The notes beneath the pieces were generated by a model. The model saw only the letters and a list, made by a program, of their open reading frames with translations. It had not been told where the DNA came from and did no database searches. DNA of 63,917 bases, counting the filler, from Perkinsus chesapeaki ATCC PRA-425 (lineage: Eukaryota > Protista > Perkinsozoa): the NCBI GenBank assembly GCA_013115145.1. It is 5 parts of 5 records of this genome, joined end to end, with 100 filler letters (N's around TTAATTAATTAA, not from the genome) between each part and the next. Parts side by side here need not be neighbours in the genome. Positions count along the whole stretch, not along the records: positions 1 to 6,289 come from JAAPAO010001101.1; positions 6,390 to 32,641 come from JAAPAO010000512.1; 3 more parts are not named here. One strand, written 5' to 3'. A program made the position numbers and the translations under genes. Numbering within the stretch: the first letter of the stretch is position 1; each line of letters starts with the position of its first letter. Shown here piece by piece: positions 1 to 13,210 of this stretch.

Positions 1-751
1 GTCTTTGCTTTGGAGACCTGTGTTCATCAGCAGTTACAGAGTCAAGCTCAGTAAAACACAAGATCATAACAGGTAATATCCGTAGTAGATCTTTAGACAA
101 CCAAATGCTTCCCCACAATGATTGTGGGGAAGGAGTACCCAGCGCCTCCGAGGGACACCAACGGGGCAGTTACCGGATATCCCTCTTCACCACCATTAAT
201 AACGATGCCTCTAGTAGACTACATGTAGCCGAAAGATCGAGAAATCGATTCAAAGGAAGTACAGCCGGCGCGCTGCAAACCACGGCAGAAGAAGTACAGA
301 ATGGACGGATGAGGGAGCTACGGACGGGATTCTGCATCGAGCCCTGCGCGGGATTTGAGTCGAACAATGTGACATGCAAATCTAGCATAAAACCCTCGAT
401 TGCTCGGCCACTCTCGACACCAAGAGTCTCCTGGCATCTGTTTGCCATGCGAGAGGTGCCGGCATGTGCTTTAACTTAGCCTTCTTGCTGAACCGGTCAA
501 TGTTAGAAGTCGTGTATATGCGTACGTTGTACATGCGTGCGAAGGATGTGTTCGCGTATTTCAAGTCCCTAAATCACAGTATGGGCATTAAACCATATCG
601 GAAGTTGCACATAACAAGTGCAACCTACTAGGTTGAACCTAGCTACATCTCTGCCGTTGGACTATAAACTTGCAAGCCGTCAAGGCGCTCAACCTCTTGC
701 TGTATTGCACTCAGCCTGAGTGACTCAGGTCGTTTATTACCACTATTTCCC

Positions 752-2488
752 ATGCCCCCCACCGTACCATCCAGAACATCGTTGGCCCGTGGCAGCTTCG
801 TGAAAAAGCTTCCCGTTGTCGGAGCCATCTCTGGCCTCTGCAAAGACTTCGGGTGGAAGTTGATTTTCATGCTTCATTTCACCAACCATTGGGCGAAAGG
901 CTTCAGCTACATTATGATAGCTTCGACCATTCGATTCTACTTTCGTGCCATGAATGTGCCTGGTCCTGACATCGACCGCTATTATTCTGTAGCATTCATG
1001 CCTTGGGCCATGAAGCCTTGGTTAGGTGTGATCTCTGATTCGGTCCCTATTTTCGGCTATCATAAGTTGCCCTATATGATGCTCATCAGCCTTCTTGGCC
1101 TTATAGGGACAATCGTGGCCGTCTCATTGAAACTGGTTGAGAGTAATGCCCCCATTGCTACCGTGGGTCTATTCTGTGCAAATCTTCAAATTATGGGTTA
1201 TGACCTCTTCGCCGAAGCCGTCTATTCACGTCGTCTGGCGGGCGTTCCAGCCTCCGGCCCAAGTCTTGTCAGTTACGTTTGGGCCGGTAATCAGCTTCTT
1301 GGTCTATTCGCTACACTGCTGGTTGGTTTCATCGTTGAACATGCTGATGGTGTTTGGGGCCTCGGTGGTGCGCAGTGGGCAATTCTTACTACTATCTTCA
1401 CATCATCAACTGTTATTATCCCCGCATGGATGAACTTTTTCGAGGAACCCAAGGTGACCAAAGAAGAGGCAAGAGCGCACCGCAAGCATTTATGGGGAAG
1501 CCAGAAAGAAGTTGCGATTCTGTCTGTCGTTGTTGGTCTTGCAGCTGTCGGATACTCTGTCATCACCCTAGTTGCCAGATCCAATACTGTAGCCTTCGTG
1601 ACAGCTCTTGTGAGTGTCGCTCTACTCACTGGATTCGCTTTCTCTGTGATGCGACCTGTGATTGGTAAACTAATGTTGTTCAATGCAATATCACAAGTCA
1701 CTATCATATCAGTTGGTGGACCGTCGATCTATTTTTTCACTAATGACGAGCAACAGTATCCCGCCGGGCCTCACTTTTCTGACATTTTCTATGGTTCAGT
1801 TCTCGGCACGGTAGGGCAACTCTGCTCCGTTCTTGCTATTTTCGCCTTTGGCAAGTTTATGAAGAAGTGGAAGTACCGAACAGTATACCTTTTCATGACT
1901 ATTGTCCTGGTTGTCATGCAGTCTGGTGATCCCATCATCTTTTCACGTCTAAACGTTCGTATTGGTATTCCAGACCATGTATTTGCAGTGGGAAGCACTG
2001 CTCTAGTAGCCGCAGTGTCCATGATACAGTTCATGCCTGGTTTCCTAATTCTCTCTCACTTATGTCCTAAAAATATGGAGGCTACGATGTTCGCTTTGCT
2101 GGCATCTTTGTCAAACTACAGCCAAAACGTCACCCCTCCAATCGCTGGTTACATAAGTCAATTGCTTGGCGTCACACCGAGAGGGCTGCCTGGTGTTGAA
2201 GAGTCGGAGACCTTTACTAATCTTTGGATCGTCTCATTGATATTGATGGGCCTTAGTATAACATCGATCTTCTTCTTATGGCTCATTCCTAATGCCAGAA
2301 TGAATGAGCGCATTCTGATTGATGGTGATGACACATCAGCTACGGCTGGATCTTTGGTGGAAAGGTGGTTCAAAGGAAAGAAGACTGGTGACACAAAGAG
2401 CGAGGTTAGTTATGAAGTGAGCTCTGAGAAACCATTGGATCCTCCAAGTGATAAGGAGGATAAGAACAATACGGAACCTATCCGCTAA
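752..2488 (+). CDS. BT1-family folate/biopterin transporter (MFS), intronless, 578 aa
   Basis: ~12 hydrophobic segments; BT1 motifs PWAMKPWLGVISDSVPIFGYHKLPY, DLFAEAVYS, LCPKNMEATMFALLASLSN. Confidence 0.92.
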   Translation: MPPTVPSRTSLARGSFVKKLPVVGAISGLCKDFGWKLIFMLHFTNHWAKGFSYIMIASTIRFYFRAMNVPGPDIDRYYSVAFMPWAMKPWLGVISDSVPIFGYHKLPYMMLISLLGLIGTIVAVSLKLVESNAPIATVGLFCANLQIMGYDLFAEAVYSRRLAGVPASGPSLVSYVWAGNQLLGLFATLLVGFIVEHADGVWGLGGAQWAILTTIFTSSTVIIPAWMNFFEEPKVTKEEARAHRKHLWGSQKEVAILSVVVGLAAVGYSVITLVARSNTVAFVTALVSVALLTGFAFSVMRPVIGKLMLFNAISQVTIISVGGPSIYFFTNDEQQYPAGPHFSDIFYGSVLGTVGQLCSVLAIFAFGKFMKKWKYRTVYLFMTIVLVVMQSGDPIIFSRLNVRIGIPDHVFAVGSTALVAAVSMIQFMPGFLILSHLCPKNMEATMFALLASLSNYSQNVTPPIAGYISQLLGVTPRGLPGVEESETFTNLWIVSLILMGLSITSIFFLWLIPNARMNERILIDGDDTSATAGSLVERWFKGKKTGDTKSEVSYEVSSEKPLDPPSDKEDKNNTEPIR

Positions 2489-4260
2489 TTGGGATATGGT
2501 TCTAGGAAAGAAATCTATCCTTCCTCATTGTACTTCTGTTAAAGGAGCACATATGTACATGAATTATTTGGTTGACATTTTTTGAGATGGTCTCTTTTTC
2601 CCTTTTGATATCTTCATTTTTATCATCATCATGATCATCTTGAAAGATATTGATGGCTTACTATGAAATCTGTCACGGGCAGGAAGTGTGCGGCTATAAT
2701 ATTGGCCATCCATGCTGCTACTACTGTCCCGGCAGCAGCCTCTGTCCTAGCACCACCAGGCTCTCCAATGTTGTTTGTAGATGTGTCGCTAGCTCTGGAT
2801 GTTCGACACTGCATTCGTTGGAATGTTGAAGGGCATCTCCATACTTTCATGTGCATATATTGCGTCCAATGGACGCCGTCTCTCTTGTCATAGACGTTCT
2901 GTATCATTTATGTCCGTCATACACAGCAGTTGATCTGCTGAATGCGGGGATCTAGTTGGCATCGCGGCCGGCTTTGCCGCCGAGTTGTCGTAACACTAGC
3001 AAAACGCTACGCTTTATGTTAGAAGTTCTGCCAGGCAGTTAAATATAACTTTCTTGAAATGTTATTTTTGTCTGTGTTAATTATTGTCGCCCCTCTTGGT
3101 AACACTCCCCTCCGACTACCATACCAATAAGTAAACACAAGAGGCATAAGGCAAGAACGCCTTATGCCATTGCTGCTAATATGCAGCAAGGGACACTACT
3201 CATTTTCACAATAAGTCTATCAGTAAGCGTAATAAGCAAGACCGGAAGGCAAGACAGCTGAAAGTTGGGCGCATTGTATGTTTCATCGCGAAGAGGCTTG
3301 GGGAGTAGTTTTAGAATAGACCTAGCTGAGGAGTCTGATTGCTCGTGCTCAATGTGCCAGAACTTCTGGCCCAGAAGTGTTCTCTGAAGGGCGTGCCAGA
3401 ATACATTTCACTGGCTCAAAAGTTTACACAAACTAATGTAATATTTATTATCTCTCAACTCACCTCCGGGGAGTGGTACGACTGTGTATATGACCATCTC
3501 CGCACTCCGATGTGCGGGTTGAAAGATTCCCACGTGTTTCTAATATCTGTCCTGTGCACCCCAGTGGATGTCGGGCTCTTTGTACTCCCAACCTCTGTCT
3601 TGGGGACTTCACAATATTCAAGTCAACTGTTGGCTGTCCACAACTTGAAAATGCTCAAGTTGCGTCTGAGACTCTGCCGGAAAAGATTGGAGGTTGGATG
3701 CTGAATAGTCCGAGGCGTCACAACCGCGTATGTCGCGGATCAGTGAGTGGCGATGCCAGAAAGTAAAATCCCACCGAACACGGGAGTATGGGGGAGCGCA
3801 CTGCGAAAGTTGCGTCAGAAGAGGTTTCGGTTATCCATGTCAGAGCGGTAAATGATCAATTCCATGTCTTCCAGGAACTTCCAGACGGGAAGCCGGTGGT
3901 GTCCCAGATCAGCGTCCGGCGGGCACAGCTGATGTGCTCTCTCGTGTGAAACGGACCCAGGGCCGGGCGCTGGTCGCGTAAGTCTGGTGCATCAAGTCAC
4001 TTTTCACCACGCTTTGCTGTTGGTCTTATGAAAATCGCGTAGCGGCTAACAACCATTAATGATTGAATTATGCTGAGTGGTGAACTCGCTCGTTGATTCC
4101 TTTTTAGCATATAAAGAACCCTTCATAAAAAAGGCTCCCTCATCTTGATGATATAAGTGACACTTATTGAGTGTATGACCATCACCAATGGTGTATATTC
4201 GAGGCTCTAATTTCGGGCGATGGTTATTGCTAAATTCTTCATGCGAAATGTGGTTAACAT

Positions 4261-4794
4261 CTACACCTTTTCAACGCCTATTTCGACAATAGTAACTTCT
4301 ATTTCGACAGGCGAGCGAGATTTATGTTAAGATTCTCGTCTAGTAATTTCAATTTCACCGGGGAAGTGGTTTAGTAATTTCAATTTCATCAGGTAGGTGC
4401 TTCAGTAACTTCAATATACCCTGGGAGGTGGTTTAGGAACTTCAATTTCGCTACACTTGTCTAGGAAATACAATTTCGCAACTTTAGTGAAAACAATTTC
4501 GCATATAGGAACTTCAATTTCGACGCATACTCCCAAACTCGACAAGGATGACTCCTGAAACAGGAAATACTTCTGGCGAAATTGTATTTCCTAGACAAGT
4601 GTAGCGAAATTGAAGTTCCTGAAGCACCTCCGAGGGTATATTGAAGTTACTAAAGCACCTACCTGATGAAATTGAAATTACTAAACCACTTCCCCGGTGA
4701 AATTGAAATTACTAAACGAGAATCTTAACATAAATCTCGCTCGCCTGTCGAAATAGAAGTTACTATTGTCGAAATAGGCGTTGAAAAGGTGTAG
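4261..4794. mobile_element. Foldback/MITE-like element: 219-bp near-perfect inverted arms (4261-4479, 4576-4794) around a 96-bp spacer
   Basis: Left arm begins CTACACCTTTTCAACGCC and right arm ends GGCGTTGAAAAGGTGTAG; only a few mismatches; arms built of ~30-bp subunits with an AG(T/G)AA(C/T)TTCAAT(T/A)T core. No TSD seen. Confidence 0.75.
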
Positions 4795-6289
4795 CTGAGT
4801 CGCAAACCCCAGGTTTAAAATCCGGCCACCGCGGGGCGTGACAAATAAGCGGACGATCATTCTCCTCACTTACTTTTCTATCGATGAGTTCCCGGTTTCA
4901 CTGTATCCTAGATAGCCACCTTAAAGGCATGATTAATGAGGCACAGGGCTCTCCAACTGTGGCTGAATGCACCACGAGTTAATATCAGAGCTACCGCTCA
5001 TCACACTTCATGGCCGCACCGAGTTTCTGGAGTCCAACTTTATACTATCATATATCGTGAACTTCGTTGTGTTCCTTAATATGCATCGTGTAGTACCATA
5101 AGCTGTGTTCCTTGCCAGGTAGTCCCTGCCGGGAATGTCGGCGTTTCGCCCCATTGCTCCCTTTTAAGGACGGAAAACGGTGCATTGTTAATTGAATGCC
5201 ACACACTGGGTGGCATGTGCGTGGCACCAAATGTGACCCACACTAAACCGATAACCGTGCACTGGTTGCGGCAGAGAGCGTATGCTATCGCAAAGTGGCC
5301 GCTTAGATTATACAATCTGAGACCCAGCATCTGGGTATCGGAAGCGGGTACACTGTAGCCGACTAGTAAACGCAAAGCTCGACTTCGAAATTAGGATGAA
5401 GCCTAGTGCTGTGAACACGGTGCTCACCCATCGGACGTAAGTCTCGCAGGCATGCTTTCCCGTTTCAGCGAAGGGAAGCATCATCACTTAGCCAATGGGT
5501 ACTGCTACTATCCATAGTAGTTCGAAAGGCTCGAATACAAAAAGACGACAATCTCGTCACGGCATAAGAACAGGGCTTACTTCGTGACTCGATGAGCGAG
5601 GCCTCTAACGAACGACGCTACCAAGTTGAGCATCATTTCAATACCCTCGAAAAGAGACTCGATGCTGAGCTGTTCGGTGTAAACTTTATAGATGTCGCGC
5701 CAGTCCAGATGCACCCAATGGGATCCTCCTTGCACCTGGTAAAGAACAACTTCACTACCAGACCCCTCTAGGCATCCAAGTCTTCAAAGACCTGTCACTC
5801 TGCCGGTGCTGACCCCCTCGCCCTCTGAAGAACAGCCCGATCTGGTACCTCAACGTGAAAAGCTTTTCTGCTTGTTGAGGGTTGCCGAAAGGGTTGATGT
5901 CAGACCACGGCACAATGCTATGAGCCGGTGCCGTGAAATATGAGCAGGGGCCTGTCGGAAGTTTGGCTGTCTTCCTTCACCTTGTCGCACGCGCCAAGGC
6001 CTTCGTTACCACCGGGACCGATGGTCAGCACTCCATTGGCACTGACGCATTTCTGAACGTCACCCTAACGCCATTGGAGAATCCGTAGCTGTATACGGGA
6101 GATCTCCATGAACTTGTCGGAGAGCTTGGACTGCAGACCTTATGTATCAATTATCATCGTACTTTGAGAACCGTCTGTTCCCTTCGCGTCGCGGAGAATA
6201 ACGTCATGCCGATAAGTGTTAGCAGACTTACGGAAATCGCTGTTGTCAAGTAAATAACGACTGCTCTCACCGAAAGCATGAAGGGCAAG

Positions 6290-6389
6290 NNNNNNNNNNN
6301 NNNNNNNNNNNNNNNNNNNNNNNNNNNNNNNNNTTAATTAATTAANNNNNNNNNNNNNNNNNNNNNNNNNNNNNNNNNNNNNNNNNNNN
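6290..6389. other. Assembly gap with TTAATTAATTAA linker
   Basis: 44 N + TTAATTAATTAA (stops in all six frames) + 44 N; artificial contig join. Confidence 0.97.
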
Positions 6390-8795
6390 TGCTTTGCAAC
6401 ACATCCCCCGAGGGCAAATCGACGGGTAGGGAAGAGACAGGCGCTTGTCAGAGTAAACTCAAGGTCCGATTTCATGACTCAAATTGATCCTCACATTCAG
6501 CACCACTAACCTACTTGGCGGACTGCTCATGTGCGGCTCCAAGGTGCCTTTCTAGTATGGCGCACAGATCAACCCGAGTAGGCTGGTTCTCGGCTAGATC
6601 AGCCAAAGCTGCTGCGGCATCACGACGAAGAGATGGTATATTATCCTGAGCAACCACCCATTCTCCTACGACTTATAATTCTCCTTACCTGCATCAGGTT
6701 CTCAAGTACAGCAGCAAAGCGCTCAACTGCCATACTGAGAGCTCCTTCAGCAGCCTTGCCGTGCTTAGTCGTATCAAAGCAGGTGCCAGTAGATCCCTTC
6801 TTGGCTTGAGCTGACGCTGTGGCGTACAGCTCGCCGATGGCTTGTGCTGCAGTATCTCTCACAGGCCATGATTCGTCCTAGAATCCAACAGGCATATGAC
6901 AACAGGCCGCCACCGATACGCGTGAGTAGTTCCCCCCGTCTCCGCTACTACCTGTGTCGCCTCGGTAAGAAGGCCAACCAGCCTTCCCATTGTCTTCTCG
7001 CAATCTGCAGCCTTGTCAGTCTAAGCGCTCAACTCCTGCTGCCTTGAGATGTCACTAAATGCTATTACCTCTACCACAGATGGTAGAATCCTCGAGCCTA
7101 TTTCCCTCACACAATGACAGCTAGCTTCCCTCACTGCATGATTAGGTGCGTTCATGGCCTATATAAGATATGTAACCCCATCCCTTCAAGAGTATTACCT
7201 CCTCCAGAACGTCCAGTACAAGTGGCATATTCTCCACCAGGAGCCACGAGCCTCCCTGTGGGCCTACCAACAGACGCCATGTGCCCTGGGCATGTACACG
7301 GACACCCTCAGCGACATAGTGCCTGAGAGAGACAAGTAGAGCAGCCATGGTAAGGTACTGTTAGTGCTACCTGTTAAGATAGATGGCAATTGCCATATTG
7401 GCAAAGCTAGGTAATGTTGTTAGCCTTTGACGTAGTGTAAGGTCAGTAAAGGTATCCACCTTATTAACAACTGCCCTAGCTGCTATACAAGAGGCATATC
7501 TAGAATGCCAGACACCAGAACACCGTCCAATGTGATCCCTCCCTCTGAAAGTCTCTTAGTAGTATTACCTCACTTGGCTCCAATTATCCTTCAATCCTCT
7601 GGTGATCCAGCTAACCATGTCCCTAAACTCAGCCCAGCCATCCGCCTCCAGGCCTAATGCACAAATGCCAATGGCCTTCGACGACCACGACTACCTTCCC
7701 GACCTGCCACAGTCACAAGGTCCGCCAAAGCTAAGAAGGAGTACTCCCTTACAAAGCGGTTAAGATGGGCGCTAGACAGTCTCAGTGTATCTATCGGACC
7801 AAGGCGTGTCCTCGGGTTCCCCTAATCTTACTACCTAGTAGTTCCTTATCCAACGATCCCCTCTCCCCACGGAACTGTTTTCCACAGCCCAATACTATTT
7901 TTTGAACCGCTCTCATAGAGGTCTCCAGCGAGGACCAGCCTTCAGTATCGTGCTGGCCCAACGCAGCTGGACGATGCCCATCTGTCAGAAAGCATCCCCA
8001 CATGCCCAAGGAGCTCGTTCTAACCTCTATGGGCAGCATTGTTATCATCAGCGGCAACAATCCGGACACGATGCTCCTCGATGTCGCCCAATAGGAAGCT
8101 CTTCATCTTCAGCCACACTGCTCTGCCCTGCCGTTGGCTCTGGGCCTCGAGCAGGTCTCCTACTGCCAAGCGAACTCGGTACCTTAGAAAAGTGGGGGAT
8201 AGCAAACCAATAGGAATAATAATAAACCCCTGAACGTGGTTAAACCATAACATGCATTACTCTGTATTCTTCAGACCAGCAAGTACAGCCTCAGTCACTC
8301 GGCTCGGAAGTTCTCCATCTCCCAATAGATAAAACTCTCCACATTGTGCCTCCGCCTTCGCCATCACTAACAGCGCACACTGCGCAGACTCCCACACACT
8401 GCCTGGTGCGGGGCTGATGACCAAGTCCAATAACGTATTATCAAGTGCCTTTAAAGCTGGCTCCTGAGCCACCACTTATCATCGCTGCCTTCCCAAAGTA
8501 CGCCGCCACTACCTCCGCTGTGTTCCCTGTATCGATCTCTTTCCTAGTGGAAGCGACTATCCCAGCCAACTGGTTGGTAGCCCTTTCCCGCGTTAGCCTG
8601 GCCTGACTGCTCAACTGCCCAATCAGATCCGACACCGATGGGCCCTCAGAGTTACCAACAATAGATGCCGACTGAGCAAAGAAGCTGCATCTTTCACCCC
8701 TTTGAAATGAGTGATGGAGCGGTTTAACTCGTACTTACTTGCTGATCGCCAACACTAGCTCTCACAGGCTCGTCATTAGCAGCAGAAAGGATCAT
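6390..8795 (-). CDS. Multi-exon HEAT/ARM-repeat conserved protein; 3' end probably cut by the gap
   Basis: Exon fragments HDTEGWSSLETSMRAVQKI, SAHLNRFVREYSFLAL, GLKDNWSQVR/YASCIAAR, YVAEGVRVHAQGTW, QDNIPSLRRDAAAAL; probable ATG at 8795. Confidence 0.7.
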
Positions 8796-9504
8796 ACCGA
8801 TAAGAGGACAAGTAAAGGTTACTTTACAAGAGCAGCCTCAACCTAGTCACATTTTGCACTAATATGCTTCTTTTCCAAATCAAGATTATTTTGCACTATA
8901 AACGCAAGTACACAGTCATCCGCAAAGCATGTAGTGGAGATGGAGCCACAACACCAGGGCCGCACCTTTCATCACTGCAGAGGCGGCGGCTTCGATGGTA
9001 CGATGCTTCCAGGAACGCCTTTCTACATCACCATTCAACTTGTCAAATAGGCAGCAATCAAACAGACCGGAAACGCGCATAGTCGCAGTAAAGACGTATA
9101 AAAACGACATCTCCGGGAATCGAACTTGGATAGTTTCCACGTCCATCTGCTACACATTGTCCACATTATTGAACTTGTTCTTCCTCGTCCCTCTAGGGAT
9201 GCCTGGCTTGAGTTATACAATTGGTCTCTCGTACTTTACGGCACCATAACACAACACCACGAGCCGATAGTTATCAAACCTAGTAATTCTGAGGAGCGTG
9301 CATGTCGGAATAATTCTAAGATATAAATGCATTATCGAAAAGTATTTTCGAAGTAGCATATAGCAAGCCACAAACTATTATTGTACGAATACAATCGTCA
9401 TCAAGCAGCAGCTTAGCCTTGAAACACCTAATCGATCCAACACCTGCAATGACTATAAACCCTCGGTATCTCAATGACACGCACTTTATAGAGGTTGTCA
9501 ACTA

Positions 9505-12500
9505 CTAACCGCTGCATGCGATGCAGGTATCTTCTTCTTCCTCCTGTACCTAAACGTAATACGCTTAACGCCCACATAGACCCAGCCACATCCACGTGAT
9601 TGACAGCAAACCCGAAACGCTATATTAGCGAATCAAGCAAGAATGCCGTAAGGAACGTGAAAACTAAGGTGAGAAAAATATGGGCGTCCCGCCGCCCGGA
9701 GCCGGCCGCCGTGTTACGTATTGGGGCTTCAGTGGGGACGACCTCGGCTTCAGCGGCGATTCGGCCGTGACCTTTTTGGCATCGAGGGTAAACTGGATGG
9801 CATCAGCAGCAGCTTTAGTACGTAAATAATATCTAATACAAAAATAACAAAGAACAATCTTCTTGCTACGCACTGTCCAGTTTTCAAGCCTAACTTCCAA
9901 CCATAAAAGTGCATAGAGGACAACTTGGCATTGGTGCAGTTTGTCATATGTATATTAAGTGATTGTGATTGGTCAATGTACCTGATTATTACACTACAAA
10001 GGATGTCATATTAAATAACCCACGGTCCTCGCCCAGCAGCCATGTCGAGAATCTTCTTTTGCTTGATCTCCCACACGGTCTTATATAGGTTCTAAATAGT
10101 CCGTATCCGAATGCGTCTGCCCACCGTGCTGCTGCTGCTGCCCACTCACCTGCACTTCATCTGGTATCTCCTCAATACCCTGTACCGATCCTTTCTGTCT
10201 GATAATCTTATCCTTAATCTCATCATTCCACAAATCAAGCTCCATAAGATCATGAACAAGATGCCTGTTAACCTGCACAAACTCGCCCGCCAATACCTGA
10301 GCAATCACAAGAGATATCTCAAACCCAACACGCCGACTCTGACCCACCCGACGGACGTAGATGTTTTGAGTGTACGGCTCGAAGGCCTCGTTATTCCCTA
10401 AAATCTGTGCTGTACCTTCAAGGATTCCCCAGTCTCCCCATCGACTGCTCTCGAATGTAAGCCTTACTGGCGGTTGGCATCGGAGCTACCAACAACGAGT
10501 TGCGCATACCGTGCTCCTTAATCTGTGCCTTCAGAGTCTCCCAATCCCAGCGGCCCGAATCAGGGGTGACATCTGACACGTTACCGAGTCCACAAACGAT
10601 GCCACTAGGCGACCACCTACCCCACATATCAAATTGCAGAATTCCCTCACTTGCCGGGCTGCCATTAAAGGTTTGATAAGGCCTGCCAAACCACCATAAC
10701 ACCACCACCACTCCACGACGACGACAAGTGTAGCAATAATCTCTACCCATGTTCCATAGCCAACTCCATACTGGCTTCGCAAGCTGCGTGATATATCGTC
10801 TCGAATATATCGTTATTCAATTTCAATGCCTCGGCCGACTCGTACGAATGACGCATGAGCAGGAAGGCATCAGCAAGCCCCTAAACGACACGACAAGCTG
10901 TCTCTACCTACCAAACCAACATGGATAGCCTCAACACCTGAACACCAATGCCGATCGGTCTATGGCGCATATTGCTATTCCTGGCTTCCACCACAGGATA
11001 ATAGTTACGGTCGATAACCTTTAAGGAGACAATCAACACTCAATATATTCAGCAATAACCAATACCTTGTTGAGGTTTCTGGTCACAACCTTGGTCACTT
11101 CATGGAGCCGTTTGAAATCATAAGTACCTAACGCCACAATGGGCACCTTACCCAAAAGACCTCTCCACATCTTACGTGTTTCCTTATCGACAAACATATT
11201 AAGAGCAACGGAGGCAAGATTACACACCGCCACTTCATCTGGGCTGGTATACCTACCAAGACACCATCAAATTACCTCATTACCTTCATTATTCAGCACT
11301 CACTCTACGATCTCACAGCACAAATTAGAGCATCGGATCGTTCCGAGGTTCTTCTGATTGCTCTTTCGATTAGCAGCGTCCTTATACCTACACTCCACCT
11401 ATACTTCAGCAGCCCACTGTCTATATAATGCCTACAGCATATAAGGTATGCCAGTCTCTTGCTGAGACTCTAGGATTTTGAACCAGAGAGATTGAGCCTT
11501 CACCGTCTTCCTTCCAACGCCTTCCTTTTCGTACTTTTCGTACAGAGCCTCGAACTCCTCACCGTACCTAATCGCCAACATAGAGCATTCAGGCCACACA
11601 ACAGCGAAGTAGCGGCGTACGTGTCTTGGAGCCCAGGCGCCTCATTAGGGCAGAAGAGTGTCCACTCACCATTAGCCATAACTCTCTTCATAAAAAGATC
11701 AGGAATCTGAAAAGCCAATATTGACACTGCGACAGATGTGCCCGGGCATGCATACCCAAAGACCGTAGAAGAGATCGCGAGCACGCTGCTCCTCTTTTCC
11801 GTGATTCTTCTTCAAGTCGAGGAACTCAAACACATCAGAGTGCCACGGTTCAAGGTACATGGCGAAAGATCCCTTTCGCTTTCCACCACCTGAATCGCCA
11901 GTCCAGAGTACACTACTAATAATAACTCCTACCTTGATCAACGTATCTCGCAGTGTCGTTAAAGACTCTGAGCATCGGCACAATCCCATTTGAGAAGCCA
12001 TTGGTGCCTCTAATATAACTCTCAGTTGCCCTAATACCACTAATGGCAACACCGATTCCTCCAGCAGTCTTCGATATCATAGCACCTCAACACACATTTC
12101 CTACCACATTTCCGTCAACTCACAAACCTTACATTGCTTCAACGTGTCATAAATCCCTTCTATAGAGTCGCCCTTCATAGTAAGCAAGAAGCAGCTCGAC
12201 ATCTGGGGATGAGGGGTGCCAGCGTTGAATAAAGTAGGAGTGGCGTGAGTGAACATTCTAGTAGACATCAAATTGTACCTTCACAAAGCATCCCTAAATA
12301 GCACCCATAACAGTCACCCCTACGTTTCGATGGCAGCATCGACATCTTCACCATGAATACCCACAGACACTCTCATGAGCATGTGCTGTGGTCTTTCCAG
12401 ACAAGCCTTGTTCGAAGGCCTCTTTAGAAGGTAAGATCTCTCCAATGTCTTAAAGCCGAAGTAATCATAATCGAAGTCCCTCTCGTAATCGATAGCCTGC

Positions 12501-13075
12501 CAACAACACCTCCCATCACAACTTCGCATTTCGACCAACTCACATTATCCAGTTTTTCAGCATTGGCTGTGACGATGTTATAGACCTCCTCGCTGACCAG
12601 TGGGGCATGGCGGCCACGAGTATCAGTTATATGATACAACTCCGATACCTGCCAACATCTCTCCGGCTAACCTTACCGCAACCTCTACCGTCTTAGCGAA
12701 GCTCTCCTCAGTGTTCTTATGAAGATTACTAACAGCGATTCTAGCGGCCAGAGTAGAGAAGTCGGGGTGAACTTGCGACATATAGGCGCAGGTCTCCGCT
12801 GCCAAGGAATCCAGCTCCTAAAAACACCCTATTCGTCCCCATTCAACCCTAGTCTACTCACCGTAGTCGTGACGCCAGGATAGATACCCTCAGCAACCTT
12901 CTGCGTGATCTGTGTCACATCAACATAGTCCTCATTGAGGCCCTTGGTCAACGGACGTATCCTCTAGAAAGCCACGCTCCTCTCAACAACCCGTACTGTA
13001 GTCTTCAACACTCACCTTGGTTATCTTATCGAACTGCACTTCAGCCCTGTGGCCATCACGCTTGATGACATACAT
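9505..13075 (-). CDS. RRM1: Ribonucleoside-diphosphate reductase large subunit (class Ia), many short introns
   Basis: ATP-cone start MYVIKRDG; [81 protein letters not shown]; last exon [12 protein letters not shown] carries the C-terminal CxxC pair. Confidence 0.96.
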
Positions 13076-13210
13076 AACCATCTTGCCAGGTAGTGGTGGT
13101 GACAAAGGAAACCAACGTAGCTGCCAAAACCCATTCCATCCACAATCGAACGCTCTTATCAACACTCAACGCAATGTTGTCATACAGCCGTGGACGAGCA
13201 AGCTCAAACG

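Noticed and set aside
105-640. ORFs upstream of BT1, and the many antisense ORFs over real genes
   Set aside because: No motifs; antisense shadow frames of the genes called above.
3339-4100. Possible decayed non-LTR retroelement 3' region
   Set aside because: Only broken frames with a vague Cys/His pattern; no RT or endonuclease motif identifiable without a profile search.
4320-4530. CRISPR-like repeat/spacer pattern
   Set aside because: Cores are ~15 bp and degenerate, spacers are related to each other, the array is mirrored in an inverted arm, the genome is eukaryotic and there are no cas genes; better explained as foldback subrepeats.
4900-6289. Possible LTR-retrotransposon remnant
   Set aside because: No recognisable protease, RT, RNase H or integrase motif in any frame I read.
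6334-6345. TTAATTAATTAA repeated four times in the window as a possible biological motif
   Set aside because: Always centred in 100-nt N spacers; an artificial contig linker. Links across these gaps are not trusted.
8864-9500. Short ORFs between RRM1 and the HEAT gene
   Set aside because: No consistent exon chain or motif; left unassigned.
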